The notes under the pieces: model-generated
What the model was told of the DNA's origin: nothing
Seen by the model: only the letters and a program-made list of their open reading frames with translations
The model's database searches: none
NCBI GenBank assembly: GCA_023665725.1
Contig: JAMPDH010000004.1
Coordinates: 166-64,165, forward strand
Length of the DNA: 64,000 nt
Source of the DNA: Clostridium sp.
GTDB taxonomy: Bacteria; Bacillota_I; Bacilli_A; RF39; UBA660
Reading direction: 5' to 3'
Shown: positions 54,067 to 63,641 of the stretch, piece by piece
Position numbering within the stretch: position 1 is the first letter of the stretch
Layout: each line of letters starts with the position of its first letter
Made by a program: the position numbers and the translations under genes

Positions 54067-54228
54067 GACTTTTTTCCTTTCTACAAATTGGTCAGTTACG
54101 ACTGACCAATTTTTTTATATTAAATAGTTAATAAATCTACATAAATATTATATCATTCTAACTAAAAAATTCCTATTATTTTAAATGTGATTTTGTAACA
54201 AATTAATCTTTTTTAAACCTTTTCGTGA

Positions 54229-54415
54229 TATTTTAATTCAAAACAACAAAAATGGAGCCATAAGGCTCCTTCAGGGGGCGAAATTTTTTCAGTTCTTTTT
54301 GAAACAATTTTTCACTTTTCCCTTAATTTTAGTTTAATTTTGCTTATTTTTAATTAATAATGATTAGAAAGTTTTAATAAAAATCTAGAATTTTAATACC
54401 TAATTATTACCTAAA
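54229..54415. repeat. Cassette junction repeat copy 2 (32-bp core + ~140-bp arm)
   Basis: Core at 54247-54278; arm highly similar to copy 1; tandem 11-mers at 54393-54414. Confidence 0.92.
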
Positions 54416-54418
54416 ATT

Positions 54419-55420
54419 TTATTCTTCTATATCAATATGAAGATTAATATCTTCCTCTGTAGGAAGTTCCTTAGATATATCTTCTGGTAAAAACTTGGTA
54501 ATTTCGTAAGAACTTACACCAATTGGTTGATCTATTCCTTTTAATGAATATTGTGCAGTTAATTTATCCTTTTCTTGGCAAAGTATAAGTCCTATTGATG
54601 GATTATCAGCTTCGTTTTTTAACATATCATTAACAGCGTTAAGATAAAAATTCATTTTACCAGCATATTCTGGTTTAAAACTATTTGCTTTTAATTCAAC
54701 AACTACATAACACCTTAACTTTAAATGATAAAAAAGTAAATCAATATAGTAATCATCATTACCAACAGTTAATTTGTATTGATTCCCAACAAAACTAAAT
54801 CCATTTCCTAATTCCAATAGAACATCTCGTATTCTATTTATCATAGCCATTTCCAAGGATTTTTCTTTATATCCATCTCTTAAAGTTATGAAATCAAATA
54901 TATAAGGATCTTTGATTACATTATTTACTAAATCACTATCCGGACTAGGTAATGTATTACTAAAATTGTTAGCACTATTTCCAACCCTTAAGTGATATTT
55001 TCCATCTATTTGAAATGATAGTATATTTCTACTCCATCCATTTTCTAGCGTTGCTTCAGCATATATTCTACGAATTTCTTTATCCTTAAACTTTTCAATT
55101 AATAGTAAATTATGTCCCCAAGGCAAATTTGCAACAAGCTGTTGCAAATTCTCGTCATCTTTATATTCTTCATAAAATAGTTTCATATAGTTTAAATTTC
55201 TTTCAGAAAAACCTTTCATATTAGGAAATTCCAATTTTAATTCTGTAGAAACATTTTTAATAAAACTTTTGCCATATTTGCTATTTTCTGAAATAATTTT
55301 TCCAAGTCTAAAATATAGCATAATTAAATTTTTATTTACTTCAAACATCGTTTTTATTTGACTAGTTTTAATCTCATTTTTGATATTTAATAATATATTT
55401 TTAAAATCTTGTTCTAACAT
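54419..55420 (-). CDS. YhcG / DUF1016 PD-(D/E)XK nuclease family protein
   Basis: GFSERNL, LPWGHN, KDPYIFDF, ELGNGFSFVG.Q, IDLLFYH..LRCYVVVELK, GKMNFYL. Confidence 0.92.
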   Translation of the reverse strand: MLEQDFKNILLNIKNEIKTSQIKTMFEVNKNLIMLYFRLGKIISENSKYGKSFIKNVSTELKLEFPNMKGFSERNLNYMKLFYEEYKDDENLQQLVANLPWGHNLLLIEKFKDKEIRRIYAEATLENGWSRNILSFQIDGKYHLRVGNSANNFSNTLPSPDSDLVNNVIKDPYIFDFITLRDGYKEKSLEMAMINRIRDVLLELGNGFSFVGNQYKLTVGNDDYYIDLLFYHLKLRCYVVVELKANSFKPEYAGKMNFYLNAVNDMLKNEADNPSIGLILCQEKDKLTAQYSLKGIDQPIGVSSYEITKFLPEDISKELPTEEDINLHIDIEE

Positions 55421-55564
55421 TTGTAACCTCCATTAATACTAATATTATATCACGGATTTATTCAGTTTAAATTATATTTAGATAAGATTTTAGTAATAAA
55501 AATTATAAACACTTTTAATCAAAATTAAAATTTTTCATGACGTTTTAAAATAATTTAATTCAAA

Positions 55565-55672
55565 ATAACAAAAATGGAGCCATAAGGCTCCTTCAGGGGG
55601 TTTTGGTTGAACACTCTTATTCTTATAACTTAGTTAAAATTATAAGAGTATCCGCGTGATATTATTCACGCT
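55565..55672 (-). ncRNA. Putative ~105-nt small RNA whose 3' end is the cassette core
   Basis: Consensus promoter upstream; hairpins GCGTGA/TCACGC and GATACTCTTA/TAAGAGTGTT; AACCAAAACCCCC; terminator GGAGCC-TTAT-GGCTCC-ATTTTT; no ORF. Confidence 0.65.
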
Positions 55673-55678
55673 ATTATA

Positions 55679-55707
55679 ATTATATATATAAAGGTCAAAT
55701 AAGTCAA
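55679..55707 (-). promoter_or_regulatory. SigA-type promoter TTGACT-17-TATAAT
   Basis: -35 at 55702-55707 and -10 at 55679-55684, directly after the recG stop. Confidence 0.75.
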
Positions 55708-55711
55708 GAAC

Positions 55712-57706
55712 CTAATCCAAATTAATTGAACTTTGAATTATGTCATTTACATTTTTATATTCTGGTTTTAAGTAAAATTTCTTAGTTAAAAACTCTAAAC
55801 TATCTTCTTTAGCACGTAATAAAATATTAAAATCGTTCTTTATATTTGCAACACTAAAGCACATATCTCCACTTTGACGAATGCCAAATATATCTCCACT
55901 ACCTCTTAATTTAAAATCTTCTTCACTAACCTTAAATCCATCATTTATTCTAGTTAAAACCTCTAATCTTTCTGTTTCATGTGATGAAATTAAAATACAA
56001 TATGATTGTAATGAATTCCTACCAACTCTACCCCTTAATTGGTGAAGTTGTGAAAGACCAAATCTATAGGCATCAAATATAACTATCATAGTAGCATTAG
56101 GAACATCTACACCTACCTCAACAACAGTAGTACTGATAAGAATATTTATATTCCCTTCCTTAAATTCTAACATAACCTCTTCTTTATCATTATCAGACAT
56201 TTTTCCGTGTAGAGAACCAACTTTATATAATTTGCTAAATGCTTTATTCATTTTTTCTTCTAAATCAGTGACATTTTCAGTAGACATTTTGTCACTTTCT
56301 TCTATCATCGGACATATTACATATACTTGATGCTTTTTTTTCAGTTCCTCGTTCATCATAACTAGCACATCTTTAATTTCACTATTTTTCTTTAAATAAG
56401 TTATTACTCTTTTTCTACCATTTGGCATTGTATGAATACTAGAAATATCCATATCTCCGTATATTGTTAAAGCATACGTTCTTGGGATTGGGGTAGCACT
56501 CATATATAATATATCTGGTGTTATTCCTTTATTTTTTAAACATCCTCTTTGATTTACTCCAAATCTATGTTGTTCATCTGTTATTACTAAACTTAAATTA
56601 TTGTAAATTACATTATCACTAATAAGAGCATGAGTTCCTACTATTATATCTATTTCTCCATTTGATAAACCCTCTAATATTTCTTTTTTTTCTTTTACTT
56701 TAGTTTTACCAGTAAGAAGCTTAATAACAATATTATAGTCTTTAAATGTTTCTATTAAATTATTGTAATGTTGATTGGCAAGTATTTCAGTTGGAACCAT
56801 TAAAGCACTTTGCATGCCACTTAAAAAATTTATATAAAGTGCGATAAATGCCACAATAGTTTTACCACTTCCAACATCTCCCTGTAACAATCTATTCATT
56901 CTTGAGGCACTAGTTAAATCATAATATATTGCTTCCACACATTTTAATTGGTCTTCAGTTAATTTAAACTTTAAAGAATTTATAAAATTATATACTTCTT
57001 CTTTATCTATATCTCTTTTTATACCAGCTTTATTAGATTTAGATAATTTTAAACTATTCATTTTAATCATAAATATAAATAATTCTTCATATTTTAAAGT
57101 TTTTTTTGCAAGATCAAGTTCAAAAGTGTTTTTAGGATTATGTATTGTTTTAATACTATCCTTTTTATTTAATAAATTATATTTTATATCCAAGTAATCA
57201 GGGATATATTCTGAAACAACAAAATCAGTATTTATAGCTTCTCTTATAAATAAAGATATTTGCTTAGATGTAAGCCCATTCGTAGTATGGTATATAGGTT
57301 CAATTTTAGGTACTTTTGAAATAAGTCCCATTCTTATTTCTGATGCAATTATTAAACTATGTTTTTTATCAAATTTACCTATAACTGTAACAGATGTAGA
57401 TATAGATAGACTTGACTTCATAAATGCCCTATTAAAAATAGAAACATTTAGTAGTTTAGTCCCTGTATTAAGCTTAAATGTCATTTTATTTAACTTTTTA
57501 TTAAAATAAAATATATTAGGAATACTTTCTACAATACCATCTATTATCACTTTATCATTATCCTCTAATATATTTAAATCACTTCTCTTTATTATTTCAT
57601 ATCTATAAGGATAGTACATAAGTAAATCATATATTGTTTTTATACCTATTTTTTCGAATTTTTTTACAATACTTGGCCCAATCCCATTTAAATCAACAAG
57701 TTCCAT
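55712..57706 (-). CDS. recG: ATP-dependent DNA helicase RecG
   Basis: YPYRY, RLLQGDVGSGKT, DEQHRFG, MSATPIPRT, QLHQLRGRVGR. Confidence 0.97.
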   Translation of the reverse strand: MELVDLNGIGPSIVKKFEKIGIKTIYDLLMYYPYRYEIIKRSDLNILEDNDKVIIDGIVESIPNIFYFNKKLNKMTFKLNTGTKLLNVSIFNRAFMKSSLSISTSVTVIGKFDKKHSLIIASEIRMGLISKVPKIEPIYHTTNGLTSKQISLFIREAINTDFVVSEYIPDYLDIKYNLLNKKDSIKTIHNPKNTFELDLAKKTLKYEELFIFMIKMNSLKLSKSNKAGIKRDIDKEEVYNFINSLKFKLTEDQLKCVEAIYYDLTSASRMNRLLQGDVGSGKTIVAFIALYINFLSGMQSALMVPTEILANQHYNNLIETFKDYNIVIKLLTGKTKVKEKKEILEGLSNGEIDIIVGTHALISDNVIYNNLSLVITDEQHRFGVNQRGCLKNKGITPDILYMSATPIPRTYALTIYGDMDISSIHTMPNGRKRVITYLKKNSEIKDVLVMMNEELKKKHQVYVICPMIEESDKMSTENVTDLEEKMNKAFSKLYKVGSLHGKMSDNDKEEVMLEFKEGNINILISTTVVEVGVDVPNATMIVIFDAYRFGLSQLHQLRGRVGRNSLQSYCILISSHETERLEVLTRINDGFKVSEEDFKLRGSGDIFGIRQSGDMCFSVANIKNDFNILLRAKEDSLEFLTKKFYLKPEYKNVNDIIQSSINLD

Positions 57707-57779
57707 AAAATCACTTCCTATTACTTATATACCACATTTATTTTTATTTTCCTTTTTTTAAAATAATTTTTAAAAAAGG

Positions 57780-57808
57780 TTGACAAAACATCTTTTTTTG
57801 AGTATTAT
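57780..57808 (+). promoter_or_regulatory. SigA-type promoter TTGACA-17-TATTAT
   Basis: -35 at 57780-57785, -10 at 57803-57808; no downstream ORF. Confidence 0.7.
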
Positions 57809-57813
57809 ATGCA

Positions 57814-57911
57814 GTACCAATTCGATTTTAGGCGAATTGGAGCTAGTATCACACTAGCCAACCCCTTTTTATTCTTTTATTGAACAGTTCTCAGGGGGAC
57901 TGTTCTTTTTT
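57814..57911 (+). ncRNA. Putative ~95-nt small RNA
   Basis: Hairpins CCAATTCG/CGAATTGG and GCTAGT/ACTAGC, then CAACCCC, then terminator GAACAGTTCTC/GGGGACTGTTC with U-tract only on the plus strand. Confidence 0.7.
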
Positions 57912-57916
57912 ATGTA

Positions 57917-60900
57917 TTATTTTTCACTTAAATTTTTATAATATTCAAATCTTTCAATAGCATTTTGCTTGTTCTTTTCAAGCAAATCCTCATAATTTTC
58001 TGGTTCTATAACTTTTAACATGGAGAATCTTGTCTGGCTATTTAAAAATTCCTCGTACATATCAAAATTAACATTTTTATAATCTAAATGGAATTTCTTT
58101 TCTAATGGATTATAATGGAATAATGGAAAATATCCACATTCTACTGCTAATTTACTCGAATCTAGACTATTTATCATACCACCTTTTATACCATGTGATA
58201 TACAGGTTGAATATGCAATTATTATAGATGGACCATTATAAGAAACAGCCTCTTTAAATACTTTTAATACTTGATTATAGTTTGCACCTATTGAAATATG
58301 TGCAACATACACATGAGAATAAGATAAAGCAAGACGGGCCAAATCTTTTTTATTAGTCTTTTTTCCAGTTGATGTAAATGCAGCAATGCTTCCAATTGTA
58401 CTCGATTTTGAAGATTGACCTCCTGTATTAGAGTAAACCTCTGTGTCAAGCACAAGTATATTTACATTTTGATTACTTGCTAGAACGTGATCTATACCAC
58501 TATAACCTATGTCATATGCCCAACCATCTCCACCTATTGAAAATATTACTCTAGATGGTATGTAATCTTTTAATTCTACTAGTTCTTTAGGAACTATATT
58601 ATAATCTATATTATCATATACCTTTTTAGTTATTTCATAATTATCATAATTATCTATCCATTCTTTAAATAAGTCTCCATTTTTATTATCTAAATTATTT
58701 TGCATTATACCCTTTATTCTTAATCTATTATAATTGTTGGCATTTAATATTCCAAATCCAAATTCAGCATTGTCTTCAAAAAGTGAATTAATCCATGGTA
58801 TTGTATATGGAATACTTGGCATACTACCTCCATAAATTGAAGAACATCCTGTTGCATTCGCTATTATTAAACTATCACCAAACATTTGTGTCAAAATTTT
58901 TATATAAGCTGTCTCACCACATCCTGCACACGCCCCATGAAACATAAATTTAGATTCCTTAAATTGTGAGCCTTTTACAGTATTTTCATTAAATAAAGGT
59001 TTATATTTTACATTTTCTGACAAATAATTATAAATATTTTGTATATTATTTCTAAGTTCAATGTCTATATTTTTGGATATTAATGCTTTTTCTTTACTTG
59101 GACAAGTTTTAATACAAAGGCCACATCCTGTACAATCCTCAATAGAAATTCCTAATATAAAATAATAATTATCTTTCCCTATAACTTTTTTACATTTTTC
59201 TTTTACATAGGTTGGAGCATTGTTATACTCATTTTCATCTAATAGAAATGGTTTAATCACAGAATGTGGACATACAAATGAACATTGATTACACTCTATA
59301 CAATTTTGGTTTATCCAACTAGGAACAAATTCACTTGTTTTTCTTTTTTCTAATTTACTTGTTCCGCACTCATATCTTCCATCCATAATATTTAGAAACT
59401 GAGAAACTGGTATTTCATTTCCTTGTCTTAATCTGATTTTTTCAAAAACACTTAAATCTTTATTTTGTTTTATAATATATTTATCATCATATTTAACCTC
59501 TTTTATATATGAAATTGCTCCCTTAATAGCCTCTATATTTTTATTAACTACTTCTATACCTTTACTAGAAAATTTATTTTTTATTTCATCAATTATTTTT
59601 TCTTCTATATTAGAGTAATCTATAATATTTGAAAGATATAGTATTACTGTTTCCATAATAGTGCTTATCTTATTTAAAAGACCCGATTTTAAAGCTAATT
59701 CATAGGCATTTATTATATAAAGTTTTACATGTTTTTCTACTAGTATTTTTTTTATATTATCACTTATATAATTATTAACCTCTTCTTCTGTCTTATATGT
59801 ATTTAAAATAAATATTCCATTTTCTCTTATATTTTTAATAACATCAAAATCATTTAAGTATGTATCTTTTGTTAAAACAATTACTCTTGGATTTTCTACA
59901 TAATAGGTTGACTTAATAGGATTATCACTAAATCTTAAATGACTAAGTGTTACTCCACCTGACTTTTTAGAATCATACTGAAAATATCCTTGTACATATT
60001 TATCATAATTATTTCCGATTATTTTAATAATAGATTTTGCGGCACTTATCATGCCATCACTACCATAACCATATATAAGCATTTCATCTGATGAAGATAT
60101 ATTATAATTATCTATTTTTAAACTCAAATTAGTAACATCATCTTCTATTCCTATAGTAAAATTATTAATCGGATTATCAAGCATATCATAAATTGCTTTT
60201 ATCTGTGCAGGTGTTGTATTTTTACTAGATAAGCCATATCTTCCACCTACTATTTCATAATTAAATCCTTTTAGTGCTGCTACGACATCTAAATAAAGTG
60301 GTTCTCCAATGCTTCCATGTTCTTTTGTTCTATCTATTACTGCTATAGATTTAACCGTTTTGGGAATGACATTTATTAAATATTCCTTACTAAATGGTCT
60401 ATATAAATGTACCTCAACAAGTCCATACTCTTTATTATGATCAATAAATTCTTTAATAGTTTCGCAAACTGATCCCATTGCAATTATAATTTTGATTGCC
60501 TCATTATTTCCATAGTAATTAAATGGTTTATAATTTTTACCTGTTATTTTATTTATCTTTTCCATATAATCATTTACAACATTTGGAATATTATTATATA
60601 TACTATTTTTAGCTTCCGCCATTTGAAAATATATGTCATCATTTTCGGCGAGCCCTTTTACATTTGGATTAAGTGGATTTAACGCCTTTTTCCTAAATTC
60701 TTTTATTTTATTATAATTTACAATACTTTTTATATCATCTAAATCTAATGTATTAATTTTATCAATTTCATGGCTTGTTCTGAAACCATCAAATGCATGA
60801 ACAAAGGGCATACTAGATTCTATGCTAGATAAATGTGCAACTACAGATAAATAATTTGTATCCTGAACTGAGGAAGACATTAAAATTGAAAAGCCAGTCA

Positions 60901-61303
60901 TTCTAGTTGCATATATATCTTGATGATCTCCAAATATACTTAGTGCATGTGTTGCTAAACTTCTTGCAGCAACATGAATAACACAAGGTAGCATTTCTCC
61001 TGCTATTTTATACATATTTGGTATCATTAAAAGAAGACCCTGGCTTGATGTAAATGTAGTAGTTAAACAACCAGCTTGTAGTGCTCCATGTATAAATCCA
61101 GCTACTCCGGCTTCACTTTGCATTTCTACAACATGAACATCTTCTCCAAAAATATTTTTATGTGTTTTTTTCCACTCATCTATATGTTCAGCCATTGGAC
61201 TTGATGGAGTAATAGGATATACCCCTGCAAGTTCTGTGAACATATATGCAGATTTACTACATGCTTCATTTCCATCTATTGTTAATTTTTTCATATCTTT
61301 CAC
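57917..61303 (-). CDS. nifJ: Pyruvate:ferredoxin (flavodoxin) oxidoreductase
   Basis: DGNEA, YPITPSSPMAE, MQSEAG, two CxxCxxCxxxCP motifs, GACAGCGET, GGDGWAYDIG. Confidence 0.95.
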   Translation of the reverse strand: MKDMKKLTIDGNEACSKSAYMFTELAGVYPITPSSPMAEHIDEWKKTHKNIFGEDVHVVEMQSEAGVAGFIHGALQAGCLTTTFTSSQGLLLMIPNMYKIAGEMLPCVIHVAARSLATHALSIFGDHQDIYATRMTGFSILMSSSVQDTNYLSVVAHLSSIESSMPFVHAFDGFRTSHEIDKINTLDLDDIKSIVNYNKIKEFRKKALNPLNPNVKGLAENDDIYFQMAEAKNSIYNNIPNVVNDYMEKINKITGKNYKPFNYYGNNEAIKIIIAMGSVCETIKEFIDHNKEYGLVEVHLYRPFSKEYLINVIPKTVKSIAVIDRTKEHGSIGEPLYLDVVAALKGFNYEIVGGRYGLSSKNTTPAQIKAIYDMLDNPINNFTIGIEDDVTNLSLKIDNYNISSSDEMLIYGYGSDGMISAAKSIIKIIGNNYDKYVQGYFQYDSKKSGGVTLSHLRFSDNPIKSTYYVENPRVIVLTKDTYLNDFDVIKNIRENGIFILNTYKTEEEVNNYISDNIKKILVEKHVKLYIINAYELALKSGLLNKISTIMETVILYLSNIIDYSNIEEKIIDEIKNKFSSKGIEVVNKNIEAIKGAISYIKEVKYDDKYIIKQNKDLSVFEKIRLRQGNEIPVSQFLNIMDGRYECGTSKLEKRKTSEFVPSWINQNCIECNQCSFVCPHSVIKPFLLDENEYNNAPTYVKEKCKKVIGKDNYYFILGISIEDCTGCGLCIKTCPSKEKALISKNIDIELRNNIQNIYNYLSENVKYKPLFNENTVKGSQFKESKFMFHGACAGCGETAYIKILTQMFGDSLIIANATGCSSIYGGSMPSIPYTIPWINSLFEDNAEFGFGILNANNYNRLRIKGIMQNNLDNKNGDLFKEWIDNYDNYEITKKVYDNIDYNIVPKELVELKDYIPSRVIFSIGGDGWAYDIGYSGIDHVLASNQNVNILVLDTEVYSNTGGQSSKSSTIGSIAAFTSTGKKTNKKDLARLALSYSHVYVAHISIGANYNQVLKVFKEAVSYNGPSIIIAYSTCISHGIKGGMINSLDSSKLAVECGYFPLFHYNPLEKKFHLDYKNVNFDMYEEFLNSQTRFSMLKVIEPENYEDLLEKNKQNAIERFEYYKNLSEK

Positions 61304-61369
61304 CTATTTCTATATATATTATATCAATATTATAATATTTTTTAAAGAAAAAATGCCATATAAGGCATT

Positions 61370-61654
61370 TTAGTTTTGGAAATTATTGCATCCACCACAG
61401 TCGTTATTAACTACAACATTTTCTTCACTACAAGTATATTGTGGTGTGTAAGTATGATTATAGATATGTTTATTTACAACATGTGTATGAATTGGACAAC
61501 AATGTGGAACTTCGTGATAGAATTCTTTTTCCACGCATTTTGTTATAGTTGGCTCCATGATTGGGCTTTCCATTTGAGGACGATCACAGCAAGGATTTCC
61601 AATATTCATTCCAAATCCACGTTGGCGATTACAACATTTATTATTAAATAGCAT
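61370..61654 (-). CDS. CotD-like Cys/His-rich spore coat protein
   Basis: PT...C....HEVPH..PIHTHVVNKH.Y.H.Y.PQYT.SEEN. Confidence 0.7.
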   Translation of the reverse strand: MLFNNKCCNRQRGFGMNIGNPCCDRPQMESPIMEPTITKCVEKEFYHEVPHCCPIHTHVVNKHIYNHTYTPQYTCSEENVVVNNDCGGCNNFQN

Positions 61655-61752
61655 AAATTTATCCCCCTTATCTAATTTATAATATGAGGATAATTTATAA
61701 TTGAATATGTTATTTGTCTTACTTTAAAATAATAATTACTTATAATGTATAT

Positions 61753-62355
61753 TTACTTCTTTTTTACTTTGCGCTTAGTAATTCCTATTGAATCATCTAT
61801 ATAATCAAATAACATTTCTTTAAATCTAATCCAAAATTTATCCATTATTTTTTTTACATCATTTTGTTCTAATGAAAAATGTGTTTTAGTAGAATTTTCC
61901 AAATAATGTTTATCTTTAAAATAACCTATTTTTAATTTAATAATATAAGTTTCAACTGGTGAAAATGTATCTAATATTGGTTTAATATCAAATACTTTTG
62001 TAAGGTATAATAATTTTTCATATGGATTAGATGGTATATCTTTTAAATCTTTATTTTGATTACTACTATATCTTTCTTCCTTTAATAATTCCTGCATTTT
62101 GGGAATTAAAATATTATTAAATTCCTTTAATTCATTTTTATATGTAAACTTACTAAAGTTATTTGAAAGTACAATACCTACAATATCTAATAATGTCCTT
62201 TCGTGTTCATCTAATTTATTATACATTTTAATTATTTGATATACGCTATAATCCCCAAAGTAATTAAACAAAATACCATAAGTCTTACTACTTAATGTAA
62301 TAAAATCCTTTTTGGGTATATATTGGTAATTAAAACTATTTATATTTTTTTTCAT
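61753..62355 (-). CDS. Hypothetical protein paralogous to the C-terminal part of the 851-aa sigma factor
   Basis: FSPVETYIIKLKIGYFKDKHY...DYIDDSI vs sigma LTPKEALIICLKLGYIDDKYF...KFIDDAI; FNNILIPKMQELL vs FYNVLIPEMEEVL. Confidence 0.7.
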   Translation of the reverse strand: MKKNINSFNYQYIPKKDFITLSSKTYGILFNYFGDYSVYQIIKMYNKLDEHERTLLDIVGIVLSNNFSKFTYKNELKEFNNILIPKMQELLKEERYSSNQNKDLKDIPSNPYEKLLYLTKVFDIKPILDTFSPVETYIIKLKIGYFKDKHYLENSTKTHFSLEQNDVKKIMDKFWIRFKEMLFDYIDDSIGITKRKVKKK

Positions 62356-62458
62356 ATCTTTCCTCTTCCTATATTACTTTTATATATTATAGTTTTAATT
62401 AAATGAAGTCAATAATTTTAGCATATAATTCATTCGACAAAAAAAGACAATATTGCCT

Positions 62459-62905
62459 TTAAAACATAAGATCTAATATTATACTACTACATATTCCAAG
62501 AATTATTCCTCCTAGGACTTCTAATGGTTGATGACCCAATTGTTCCTTCAGCTTTCTAAAATTAAATTTTATATCATTTTCAAAAAGTTCATCAACTATT
62601 AAATTTATTGCTTGTGCTTGTTTACCACTTTGCATTCTAAGTCCCATAGAATCATACGCTATAATTAATGTAAAGACTAGCCCTATGGCAAATAAAGGTG
62701 ATTCTACTCCTATATTTATACCAATAAGCGTTGTAAGTGAGGTTGCGAAAGATGTATGACTACTAGGCATTCCACCACTTCCATTAAAAAGTCTTCCCCA
62801 CTTTAATTTATTACTTTTTATAGATTCAATACTAAACTTTATTATTTGACATATTAATAGTGTTAAAATTGGAATTATAATAAATTTATAATTGTTAAGT
62901 GACAT
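62459..62905 (-). CDS. Divergent PAP2 family (DUF212-type) membrane protein
   Basis: GGMPSSH, YDSMGLR..SGKQA, LKEQLGHQPLEV. Confidence 0.9.
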   Translation of the reverse strand: MSLNNYKFIIIPILTLLICQIIKFSIESIKSNKLKWGRLFNGSGGMPSSHTSFATSLTTLIGINIGVESPLFAIGLVFTLIIAYDSMGLRMQSGKQAQAINLIVDELFENDIKFNFRKLKEQLGHQPLEVLGGIILGICSSIILDLMF

Positions 62906-62909
62906 TTTA

Positions 62910-63641
62910 TTACACCTTCTCCAAATTTTTTATAAAATTTTTACTCTTTAAATATAATCCAGTATACCTATCATAATAGTTATCTAAAAATTCATTTATT
63001 TCATTTTGACATGTATTACTTACTTCTAATTTTGATATTTTAGATATATCTACATAATAAAATAATCTTATAAGTTTTATAGATTTATCACTGATTATTT
63101 TTTCTGTTGTCTTGCAATTACTACAAACATATCCACCTTTATCACTTGATAAAGTTACTATATTAGTTGTTGTTCCACAAACACTGCAACTATCTAAAAT
63201 TGGCATAACTCCTAAATAATCTAAATACTTTAGTTCTATTATATTCATTATAATCTTTGGATTATACCCCTCATCTATTTTAATAAGACTAGAAATCATT
63301 ATATCAAAAATCTTTTTATTTGTTTGTTTTATAACTTGTTCTGTTATTTCAAGTATAAATGTACTGTAACTAATCTTTTCTATATCTTTCATTATATTTT
63401 TTAAAGGATTTATTAAATCAACACTAATTAAGGTTGATAATTTTCCTTCTTTATAGGAAATATTAAAATATCCATAACTTAATTTAGTTGTAGTAACTCT
63501 GAAATCACTCTTTAAAGTTCTTGCTCCTTTAGCTATTACACCAATAATTCCATATTCTTTTGTTATTAAATTAATTATTTTACTTGTTTCACCATAAGCT
63601 TTTTCATTTAAAACAATACCTTCTACCTTTTTAATTTCCAT
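62910..63641 (-). CDS. recO: DNA repair protein RecO
   Basis: GIVL....YGETSKI, AKGAR, P.LDSCSVCG...GGYVCSNC. Confidence 0.93.
   Translation of the reverse strand: MEIKKVEGIVLNEKAYGETSKIINLITKEYGIIGVIAKGARTLKSDFRVTTTKLSYGYFNISYKEGKLSTLISVDLINPLKNIMKDIEKISYSTFILEITEQVIKQTNKKIFDIMISSLIKIDEGYNPKIIMNIIELKYLDYLGVMPILDSCSVCGTTTNIVTLSSDKGGYVCSNCKTTEKIISDKSIKLIRLFYYVDISKISKLEVSNTCQNEINEFLDNYYDRYTGLYLKSKNFIKNLEKV

Larger units (their letters stand above)
52828..55600 (-). mobile_element. Tandem array of two integrase-less cassettes (1419 and 1322 bp) at an sRNA 3' end
   Basis: Three identical 32-bp cores; two copies carry the same long arm; cargo is typical mobilome genes. Confidence 0.7.

Noticed and set aside
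52828-55600. The three 32-bp hairpin repeats as a CRISPR array
   Set aside because: Spacing is 1.3-1.4 kb with whole genes between; no cas genes.
55565-55672. tRNA or tmRNA as the integration target
   Set aside because: No cloverleaf, T-loop GTTCGA or CCA end is visible, so it is called an unknown sRNA.
57891-57898. tcaggggg in the sRNA 2 terminator matching the cassette core
   Set aside because: Only 8 bp, in opposite orientation relative to the transcripts, and no arm; probably chance.
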